A stretch of DNA of 64,000 nt from NCBI GenBank assembly GCA_964247055.1, contig OZ176051.1, forward strand, positions 7,254,001 through 7,318,000, read 5' to 3'. Positions 53,501-64,000 of the stretch are shown one piece after another (positions within the stretch are counted from its first letter, which is position 1; every line of letters begins with the position of its first letter). The notes under the pieces are model-generated. The model did not search any database, was not told the origin of the DNA, and saw only the letters and a program-made list of their open reading frames with translations. A program made the position numbers and the translations under genes. Source of the DNA: Paragordius varius (lineage: Eukaryota > Animalia > Nematomorpha).

Positions 53501-56500
53501 TTGAGTATTTTAATAAAAAATATTGTTCTTAATATACTAATATTTTTTATCAGTTCATAACACTGGTTCACATTTAAACGATATATTATTTATACATATT
53601 GGAAAAAATATTTTCCTTAGAGACATCAAGATTAATTTTATAAATGATAAATCCAAGTTTTAGTAAAACTTAATCAATCGAATTCGTCTTGATTTTATTT
53701 AACCAAATAAACCACATAAATGATTTACCGACCACTCCGTATAACATTCTTCGTATGGTATGAGAGATATCATTAATTCAGCTAGATCCATCCACATATC
53801 CTTGGGTATGTAAATATTGAGACAAGCCTTAATAAACGTAACTAAGAGAGTCTAAACAAAAAAAGTGAATTATAAAAAAATAAACTATGTTTTTTATAGT
53901 TGTTTTTAATATACCAATTACAATTCAAATTTACCCTTATATATTTCAAATTCACCCTAAAAATAAATTATGTGTTTTCGGGCTAATATAACTCATTATT
54001 AATATAAAATATATTTTTATGGCGTAGTTTATTATTTTTTCAGTATTATTTAAATTTTAAACAAAATTTTATTTTTTAAAAATATAAAAAAATATAAGTA
54101 ATTTTTAATCTTAAAAAACACCTAATTTATTTGAGGGTAAATTAGAAATGTTCCAGGTTAGTGCATTTGAATTGTTTAAGAATTAATTTAAATTGTCTGA
54201 GAGTGTTGAACTGTAAATGGTATATATATATTTTTTATATACTAAATAATCTACCTGGATAAATGGGCCTAGGAGTTTGTTACTCCCAAAACGTAACAAA
54301 GGTTGTGGTAGCAAAGTAAAAGAATTATTTTTATCAATATTACTATGCTTAAAATTCGAATCACCTTTAAGAATGTTGAGTATAATAAGCAAAGACGCTA
54401 TGATACATTTCCTATAATCAAAATTTATAATAAAATAAGGGCATTTTACTGACAATTACAAATTAAAATGTACATAAAAGTAGGTAAAAAAAAAGTACCA
54501 AGATTTTTCATTTAGGGGTATGGCCATAACTACTTGACGATAAAGATTCAATACACGTTTGCATAATTCATACTAATACATAATTTTTAAAAATATCTTC
54601 TATCATATAAAGCTAAATGAGTGAGTATTGATAAAATTAAAATTTCCCTAAAAATAAACCTATAAATAACCAGCGTCGTCAATAAATCTATAAAAAAAAT
54701 TCCAAAAGTGCCTGCCTGGTTAATCGGTATAACCTTTGACAGGTTTTTATGTAAAAAAATGAAAGAGATTACTATTAGAAACAATGGTGTACAGGGGATT
54801 TAAATTGTTGGTTTTTTATTAAATATTTCCAGTTATATTTACTGCAAAGAGAATATTATTGGCTAAAAACATGAAAAAAACAAAAATTATATTTTCATAA
54901 ACAACTATTAATTACCCTATTATTGCTGTTTACAAAGTATATTAATGGAAAAACGATATATTTATTAATACATAAACACCATATTTAATAACACTACTTT
55001 TACAAAAAAAATTTCTTTGTTTCTTTGACCAAAAAGTATACCTGATTATCCAAATTATATGCGTTTGATTTGGATGAACCACCAATTCCAACATCTATCA
55101 TATGATGCGGATGTAATCTCATAGGGTGACTTGGTGCCGATAAAAATATTTGTCCCACCATACATAAAAGAGCACGGACACTCTTTTGAAAACCCAATTC
55201 AACAAACATTTTTGGTTCACAACCGTTTAATTTATAATCATCATTTATTAAAGTATTATCAGCTGATTTCGGTATCTCTTGCATAAAGTGTGGACGATGT
55301 TCAGGATTCTAGGGATATAAAAGTAAAAAAGAAATTATACAGACAAAACGTAAAAAAAGACAAATATTTTTTTCTGAAAGGCAGAGTCATATTTTTTACA
55401 CCTTAAATTTTTAGATATATATCCAATTGTTTTGTTTTGAAACATAAGAAAAAATGTTAATGACTGCTATCACACTTAAATATATATTTTTACATTTAGG
55501 TTGAAAAAAAATCAACGGGAAAAAATATGGAATATATGCGATAAAAATTTTTTAATAACAAGAAAAAAACTAACCAATAACCAGGTCCGTATTAACAGTA
55601 TAATTTGTTCCTTGAGTGAATGGGCCAACTGATCATCCAAAACTAAACCCTATAAAATACATGATATTTTATGTTTTAAAACCATTGTTAAAAGTGTTTG
55701 TTTGTCTTTTTAAAATTTTTTTAAGAATGTCAAACCAAAAATAGGGTTAAAAATATATCTTAAATTTTTAAAATAATTTAAGAGCTATATATTGTAAAGT
55801 TTCTTGCCCTGTTTAAATCATAAATGTTTGAGATTTTTTGAGAATTGTGATATACAATTAATTTTTTTATGTGTATGTGTTCAGATTTTTGTGGTTTTAT
55901 TATTAACATATCTATATATTTATATATCCGTTATGAACCGAAATTATAATTATAAATATAAATAACCCAAAAACATAAAAACCGATACGAGTTTCAGCAA
56001 AAAATTCAAAAAAATTCTTTACAACTAGAGACATAATAATAAATACTAATGTCAAAAAATATTTTACTCTAGAAAGCACATTGAGAACAAATGCTATTCT
56101 TGATCGATCCGTACTCAAGAAGAAATTGTGAAAATCATGAATTGTAAACATTTTATTATTTTTACTGTTAAAATTTATGGATTGCGTAGTATGGACATAA
56201 CCAATATTTGATTCACTACTCCGCGTACCAGATGAGGTTAGAGGTGATGCGTTTTGACTAACTGTTGATTCTAATGATTTAAAAATATAAGAAATGTTAA
56301 ATTTTTCTTATTAAACAATATCTCAAATAATAACATTATATAGGCAGTCAAATTTGCTCAAATACAAAGGCCTATTTTTTGAAATTACATCACACAATAC
56401 TAACAAAAAATCATTTAAATTTATGGATTGTGGAGTCCCCCTCCTTCCTAAATAACCTCAACAATTATTTTAAAAACACATAATCTGTATCCCCCTATTT

Positions 56501-59500
56501 TTTAATTATAATTGTTTTTAAATATATTTCAATTAGTGCGATCAGTTCTTTCAGAAAGCTATAATACAGATATAATATAATATATATTTATAAAATGATT
56601 AAATGGTTAATTTCTTGGACCAATATTAGGGTTCCTTTAATATCCCCACTAAAATATAAGTTTGTGGAAATATTAACTTTAAGCAACCATAACACTTAAA
56701 AAAATAGAATAATTTACCCTTTATAGATTCATTCGTAGTGTTTGAATTAGCTAGGGTGGAAAGAGGTGTCTCAGTACGCATACTTATTTGATCATCCACG
56801 CTTTCAACTGTTGTCATTTCACCCAAGAAGGATGAATTTGAATTAGGTAACTATAATCATATGTTTTAGGAAGTTAAAATAATAATCGTTTAATAATTGT
56901 ATAGAGATTGGAGTTATTTTTATGTTAAAAACATATTTTTAAATTTTTTAATTTCCAAAAAATTTTGGTACAATACATAAATCATTACGTCCAGTATGAC
57001 CATTTAATAAGAATAAATAAAGTTAAATTAATACTGGCTTTTATTTAATAAATATACAATATAAAATTCTACGAATTAGCGAAATTTAAAAAAACTATAG
57101 GTGTCTTGCTAAAAAATAATCCTTTATAACTTATAAGTTTAATGTGATAAATTTTAACCATAAATATGTAGTACCATTGAATAATTGGTGGTGCTTGAAA
57201 CATCATCACCCCCACCAAATTCATTACGAACAAATTTTGCATTAGGCTTATCAATGAATTGTGGTATAGAATAGTCTTGTTTTATAACGGGATTATTTTT
57301 TCCCAATTTTGTATGATCGACAGAATCTCTACTACTAGTGTGCATTAGGTCCACAGAAGTATTTTTCTGTGGAACATCATATGAGCTTTTTGATCTCAAT
57401 CTGCTTGTATTGGCATTGTCTGGGTGTTTTAAAACAAAAAAGTAAATGGGTACAAATAATTAAATTTGAAATGGTATTATAAGGTTTTTCATTAATTAGT
57501 GTAAAGAATTTTCTAAAAAATTGGTTTGAAATTGTTTTTGTTAAGCTTTTAAGTGAGTACAACTAGATATTTTATAAAAATTGGGCGCATGATATTCAAA
57601 GCAAAATAAGCAAAAAAACTAATTCTCCAATTGTTTCCAACGAATTTAGTTTGAAATTTATATTTAAATAAATAGCTAAAAAGTTGCAAATCAATAGATA
57701 ACAGTATATATTAATAAAGTTGCAAATCAATAGATAACAGTATATATTAATTTATATAGTTATGTTAAAATAAAAGAAAAATGGATCAAATTTTGCAGAA
57801 ATTCGATTATTGTAGAATTTTTTTAGACATTACTGTTTTATTTGTAAATAAAATATACCATACCGGAAAAGTTAGATTGAGTGTTATTAACAGGCGAGAC
57901 ACTTAAAGATGTAGCAGCTGTATTTGTTGTATTTAAGGTCGATTCAACATCCAGATTAGCTTGGCAATATTTTAAGATCCATGTGACAAAACAACGTTGA
58001 TATTCATTAGGCAAAACGAAAGTGTTATCTTCTTTTTGTCTAACATTTATACCTCCGGAAATTATTTTAGACTTTTCACTTATATTGTCATCATCATTGA
58101 TTTTGTCAGGGGGCGAAAGATTGGTCGGTATTAATACTAAATGGCGTTTAAACATATATAAACCATTTGAACCTCAAATTCCCCCTTGAACACTTGATAT
58201 TCCTTGAACGATTCAAATTCACCATTCAAACTCAATCACTTTTATGTGTTATTGGATTAATATTCCTCATCTTTAATATAAAATATTTTATAGCGTAGTT
58301 TATTCTTATTTCAGTATTAGGCTACTACCAAAAAAATATTAAATATAGGTATTTTAAAACACATAATTTATTTTGGGGTGAATTTAAAATGTAAGGGTAA
58401 GTTTCAAAAGTTCAAGGGGTGAATAATTGATGGTTGAAAATAAAGTCTAAATGGTACATGATAATATATGAGAATTTTGAATATAAAAATTGTTATTTTA
58501 TAATTGAATGCAAAATATTAAAACAACATACAATTAAGTGGTTCAAAGGTGGCCTCATAAATGTTTAATAGTTGTTCGGAATGGCTTAAAAATGGTTGTT
58601 GAGCATTGTTTGAATTTTTGAGAAAGAGATGGGGATATATCATGTTTTTAATGCTATCAAACATTCGAAATAATATAAGGGTCCTATTTTTCCCATCACA
58701 CCATACCATATTGTTAATCTATGATATACAAATTATAGGATAAAATGCCAAAATAAACATAAAACAGGCTAAATAATAAGAAATTTATCAAATATTGTTA
58801 TACCGATTTTTCTAATAATAAATATAACGCTCTTATTGACTATTTCTTCTATTGGAAAAAAATATATTCAAAACTTTCGATAAAATTCGTAAATAATATA
58901 ACTTACCTAATTTTAGGAAAAATTGGTCGAGAAATGAAAATAAGTAAGTATCCTTGATGATTAATTTAGAAAACTTATATATTTACGATGAGTTTGATAT
59001 TCACCGATAACCGGAGTCAAATAAATTCAAATAAAGAAATTAGAAGACTCGTAACAAACTTATGTAAGATTCCCCCAAAAAAACTATTTTAAAATACAGT
59101 CATGTTTCCTTTATTTTATCATATTTTCTTGCGTTAATAGGGTATAAATATTTGTTAAAGAATGGAAAAAACAAGAGCTCTATGGTAATAACAATATTAT
59201 ATTCATCAAAAAAGTATAAAAATTACCATAGAGCTCTTGTTTTTACCATCCTTTACCAAATATTTATACCCATTTAACGAAAAAAAATATATATTTTTGA
59301 TAAAATAAAGGATAATGACTGTAATAATTAGCCATTTTTCCGTGCTTAATATTTCCAAAACGCTAAAACAAACATAAAATTCTTTTCAAGTTCTACTGTT
59401 ATGTATAATTTTTTTGAGAAAATTAAGTACCTCCCATAGCGCAGTTTCTAGGATAACACTTAGCAAATGAAAAGCTTGATTACCATTGTGTGTACTGACT

Positions 59501-62235
59501 TGATCGGAGGTTAGAGAAAGTGGTCCAGTCTCCATACAGAATATGGCTATGAATAAATATGATTTTAAATAAATTGTTTATACTAACGACGGAACATAAA
59601 AATTATAATTAAGTAAACAGTGCTGATAATGGTTAAGGTTAGAAATTGGTTTTTAATTTTCTTTGTTTTTTAGCCAAATAGTTTTTCTTTGAAACCATTT
59701 TAATAATATGGCCAAATTATTTTGATACATTCAAATAAATCGACAAATTGAAAGCAAAATCGTATTTTATCCTGTTTTATATGAAAATTTTAGAGGAATT
59801 ATTTATCCATATCAAAAATTAGTATTAATATTTTTGGATAGTTTAAAACTCAGTATTGATTTAAAAAAATTTTGGTTCCAATTGTTTCTTATATAAATAA
59901 ATAAGTGTAATTGATATCTATAACAGTAGTCCATTAAACCTAGCGGAACAAGATCATATGATATAGTTAATTCAAAAATTTTCAGCGTCTCCTATAGTCA
60001 ATTTGAAGATTACAGATAATTATCACCATCAAATAAGATTATAAAAAAGGAATTTTAATCATTAAATGGTAATTCATAAAAATATAGATGATGATAAAGT
60101 TTAATTTAAAGGTTTTCTACATAAAAACTAATGTAATGAGAATATCTTTTGGATAATTAGGAATTATTTAAATATAATAAAAAAGAAAAATCAAATACAT
60201 TTAATATTGTTAATCTTCTAACAGTAATCAAGCACAAATGCTCTTAAATTACAGCATGCATTTTAATATAAAAATAGATCAAACCTCTAATCCACTCTAA
60301 AAATTGTAATTTTTTTAGATTTAAAACATAAGGAATGTGTCATCGTGTGTAATAACCACACCTCATTTTTTCACCTATATTTATAATGTTTTATGCGTAT
60401 AATATGAGTAATGCAAAAGGCTAGATTATGTAGATCAAAGTACATAAATGATTCCTGAAAGAAAAAAAGGGAATATAATTATATATGGAATCAATCAGCA
60501 AAAATTATATAATTTATTATAATATAATATTTCGATTACTACAAGTAATCTTTGTAGTAATCGAAATATTATATTATAATAAATTATATAATTTTTGCTG
60601 ATTGATTCCATATATAATTATACTATCACACTTCAGCGTAAACAATATCCAAAAAGGGAATATATTTATATACGTTTTTTACAACAAAGTTTTAAAATTC
60701 CCTCTATATCTAATACCTATTTATATCTTATTACTTAAGTATATATAAAGATTTCCTACTTATTATTATGAAAGGTATCATTTATATTCATTGTAAAGTA
60801 TGTATTCCATCAATATTAAAACTTTTAATAAATAAACAATATTATAAAGTTATAAAATCTTTTTAATTGAGTGAAAAGCATAAAAATTAATAGGTGAAAA
60901 GATATCCGTTTACTCCGATAATATTATGTTTATATGTTGCAGAAAACATACATATTTTCCACAATTTAATCAAAAGAACTTTAATTAACTAAAAATCGCA
61001 AAAATTTATCTGGCTGACTACAAGACTTTTTCTAACCAATATTTAAACTAAATAAATTAATTATTTATATTAATTATTGAGTGTTAAATTGCGACTCATA
61101 TATAATATTTGTAGATAAAAAGTTAAATGTTGCCTTTGAAGCATTTTTCGAAAAAATCTAGACCAATTATAGGCTGAACGCCAAATTATGTCTAATAACA
61201 CCCTGATATTAAAGTTTTAAGACTATTTTTTGGCATCATACAATTATTCTTAAAATTAGATAAGTAGTCAACTATTTTTAAATAATTCGGATGAAAAGGT
61301 ACATAGATGGATATTTCAATAAAAACCAATTAATGAAATATGTTTGGACTATAATCTATTATATCGATATTGAGAAAAAATTAATCACAGTCTAGACTCT
61401 AGAATATACAGGACACAGCTAAACATGACGACATAACATAAATGAAATTAAATAACGAATAAATAAAACAATAATCTGTAAAAAAAACTTACAATGTGGA
61501 ATGATTTCTTTCGGAATACTTGGTTGGACTTTGGTGGAAGTATTATAGCTTAAATACACATTTTGTAAGCCATATAAATTTTTGACGTTTAACAATATAG
61601 GCATTGCAGAATTCTGATAAAATTTACTAAGGAGTGATGTGTTTTGTAATGGAATAAGATATATAATAAATGTATTCAATTCGTCCATAATAAAGCTATC
61701 ATGAGCGCTTAACATGCTTTCATACCAAATTACGAATACTTTGTAACCCATTTCTTTGATCTGTTAAAATTATAATTGAAATTAAAAAACAACCTTGAGT
61801 GAGTTTGAAGGATGACACAATTCAATCATAATTTTCCCTAAAATTAACAAAATAATTACTTAAACATTTGTATTGCCAACCACCACTAATTAAATTACCG
61901 TAACTCCGAAGCAAAAACTAAAAATAAAATATATATTTGCCTGTAAAATATAGAGTATGTTGTCCAATTCTTCTTTATATGATTTCATACCTAACATTGT
62001 ACATGTTTTACTTTTTTGCATTATAATCTCGCAGTAATGATCATAAAATATTTGAAAGAATATATTGGAATAATCATTTATATTGATTTGGTTATGAAAT
62101 TTATCTAATAATTTATAACAAATAAAAACCAATAATAAGTCTTAAACATTTTATCTTGGCAATACTATCCTTTTTAGGGTCCTTTAATTTCCCCAAAACC
62201 TTAACTACATCGGTGTAGGCTTTTCTAGGGAACAT
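41562..62235 (-). CDS. RALGAPA: Ral GTPase-activating protein alpha subunit (multi-exon, ~20.7 kb)
   Basis: N-terminal exons 62130-62235 ([23 protein letters not shown]), 61941-62104, 61860-61917, 61794-61837, 61493-61760. C-terminal Rap/Ran-GAP exons: [16 protein letters not shown] (~43.7k), IIFHVST (~43.4k), [16 protein letters not shown]...IPTEFCD (~42.9k), YGPLFDGA (41960-42099), final exon 41562-41655. Middle exons match track ORFs at 45-59 kb but were not all resolved. Confidence 0.92.
42127..42492. mobile_element. MITE family A, copy 5 (degenerate; RalGAPA intron)
   Basis: TATACCATTTGTACCACAAATTTACC...GATGAATTCAATGTGTAAATGATATA with eroded 21-bp subrepeats. Confidence 0.65.
52077..52273 (+). 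mobile_element. tRNA-derived SINE with target-site duplication (antisense in a RalGAPA intron)
   Basis: A-box TGGTATAGTAGG (52087-52098), B-box GAGTTCGAACCC (52129-52140), CTCTCAC anticodon-like loop, unrelated body and AT tail; flanked by direct repeat ATATATATATATATAGCTGTATT at 52054-52076 and 52274-52296. Confidence 0.8.
53909..54225. mobile_element. MITE family A, copy 6 (RalGAPA intron)
   Basis: ATATACCAATTACAATTCAAATTTACCC...TTGAACTGTAAATGGTATAT; internal sequence closely matches the 24.6-kb copy. Confidence 0.88.
58154..58459. mobile_element. MITE family A, copy 7 (degenerate; RalGAPA intron)
   Basis: AAACCATTTGAACCTCAAATTCCCCCTTGAACAC...GGGGTGAATTTAAAATG...CTAAATGGTACAT. Confidence 0.65.
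59095..59323. mobile_element. Tc1/mariner-type MITE (TA|CAGTC...GACTG|TA)
   Basis: ~95-bp imperfect arms including AAAAACAAGAGCTCTATGGTAAT / ATTACCATAGAGCTCTTGTTTTT, TA flanks and CAGT termini. Confidence 0.7.
60474..60622. repeat. Perfect 71-bp inverted repeat with 7-nt spacer
   Basis: 60474-60544 is the exact reverse complement of 60552-60622. Confidence 0.92.
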
Positions 62236-62766
62236 ATGGTTTGATCATTTTATGCAATTGATAACATGCGCCTAGGTAAAATACCTGGATAAAATTTTTA
62301 TAAGTTGAAATCCACCAATTCCTTGCACCATTAATATTAATGTTAAAAAATAATAAAATATCTGATTTGTGTAAAAAAATTCAATAAACTTGAATAAAAA
62401 TATTTTTGATTTATAATTTGCAGTTTTCTAGTTTTATATCCCAGAGAGATTTACAGTATGATTACGTATATATTGATAGAAAGTAATTATTGCCAAATAA
62501 GGAGTAAAAAGGGAAAAAATAATTATAGACCAATATACTGCCCTTTGTTATATATGCTATTTGGCAATAATTAATAACTTTTAGCAAATATGTACTTACT
62601 TCTACTGTTTATCAATATTTAACGTGTTTAAGATATGGGCCAATAAAATAATCATTTTTCAGCCTTTTTTGATTCATGGAAAAAAATTTAAAAAATAAAA
62701 ACATTTTAATACATTTTACACCTTCCTTAAGATATAAAATCGCTAATATAAATTAATGTATAATGG

Positions 62767-63332
62767 TTAACACTTCGATTCATTGGGGTATCTAAATACC
62801 CCTGACCTTTTTTAAGCTATAAAAAAACTACTGAAAGAAACGGTCATAATTTAAATTTATGCTTCTTTCCGAATCAAAATTATATAAATAAGCCGAAATA
62901 TCCAAATAAAATTTAATTTTGAAAAAAAAAGTTCCATGTCACACTACTTCGACGCCATTTTATTTTATTTTCAAAATATTGTCTTCATTTAATTTTAAGG
63001 GTAAAATTAGAGCTTATTATTTATTTAAATTACATCTAACATTGATAGAAATAGAAAAAGGGGTTTTGTATTATTTTTTATTTTTACCATTTCAAACATT
63101 TCACGTTGAGGAAATTTTTACCTATCAGTTTTAGCTTAAAATAAGTGATATCAAGTATTTTTGAAATTTTTTATATAAATTTCGGTTTATTAATGTTATA
63201 GCAGTGCAATATTTTGCCATGGCTTCGATTGCTTCCATATTTTTTAAGATATTTTATTTTAAACAGGCCGGTATCCAACTACCCCAATTTGAATCGAAGG
63301 ACTGAAATGAATGTGTTGTATCCAAGTGTTAA
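62767..63332. mobile_element. Possible TTAA-targeting (piggyBac-like) non-autonomous element upstream of RalGAPA
   Basis: TTAA|CACTTCGA at 62767 and TCCAAGTG|TTAA at 63321-63332; subterminal GGGGTATCTAAATACCCC hairpin and a GGTATCCAACTACCCC counterpart. Confidence 0.4.
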
Positions 63333-64000
63333 ATATGGAAAAGAATAATTAAATTCTCAATATTTTAATACTCCACGCCTTTTGGGGAAATGTTATGCCC
63401 GAGAAAGCGATTTAAATTTGAACAGATTAAAAAGTATTCAAGGTATTAACCCAAATTTAAAAACAATTATTTTAGCAATTTCATTTAAATGGTGGATCTA
63501 CTTGTAAAAAATTTCGACAGATATTTTTCCTAAGCGTTGTGTCCAGTATGTTATTAAAAAGATGATTTATGAATGTGATTTCCATAAATGTGCGAGGCTA
63601 AAATCGGACCCTTTATAGTGGATATAAATAGCCAGAACTAAATCTAAAGGCTAAAAGTTTTCTGGGTAATTAATCTTATATCAGTATTATATGGTTTGAA
63701 AATAGCCCCTAGGTCCTAATACACCTGAAATTCAGATGTTTGCCGAAGTATGAGGTTTTTTCTAAACCCATCTTGTAACATGGAAGGCTAAATGCAATAA
63801 TAAGTTGAATCCCAGATTTGGTTAACGAAATATAAATAGATTAAAACTATACCCATTAATTTGAATGCCTAAACTTTATAAATTTCTTTAGCCCATAATT
63901 TCATTTATATGATCTATTAGTGATGACAAACTGGATTCTTTTATGAAAATCTCTTATGCAATTAATAACCCACTACTTTCTCCACCATAAACTATAGTAG

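Noticed and set aside
63400-64000. Slightly GC-richer stretch suggesting a gene or decayed retroelement
   Set aside because: All frames are interrupted by stops and I could not assemble a recognisable protein.

Overview
Very AT-rich, intron-containing eukaryotic DNA, most likely a divergent invertebrate metazoan (it has RalGAP-alpha, a class A GPCR, an alpha-crystallin sHSP and an AHNAK/periaxin-type PDZ). Most short ORFs in the track are exon fragments or noise. Gene models rebuilt by hand from GT/GC-AG junctions: a TM+PDZ protein (775-6643 +), small HSP with a perfect HSE (13197-13724 +), ERI3-like DEDDh exonuclease (13747-14457 -), an intronless orphan (16565-17881 +), DNAJC11 (~18356-24449 -), an orphan 7TM receptor (26128-27522 -), an intron-containing Chapaev-like DDE transposase between ~545-bp inverted arms (30377-33924), a 5'-truncated RTE-like LINE (34528-35508 -), PRELID3 (35947-38388 -) head-to-head with PNO1 (38454-39774 +), and RalGAP-alpha (41562-62235 -). 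The most striking signal is at least 15 ultrashort spliceosomal introns of 21-33 nt, including a 23-nt GC-AG intron and three inside the transposase. They coexist with 0.4-1.2 kb introns loaded with MITEs, foldbacks and a tRNA-derived SINE. No rRNA, intact tRNA or CRISPR array was seen. All family assignments come from recalled motifs, not database searches.
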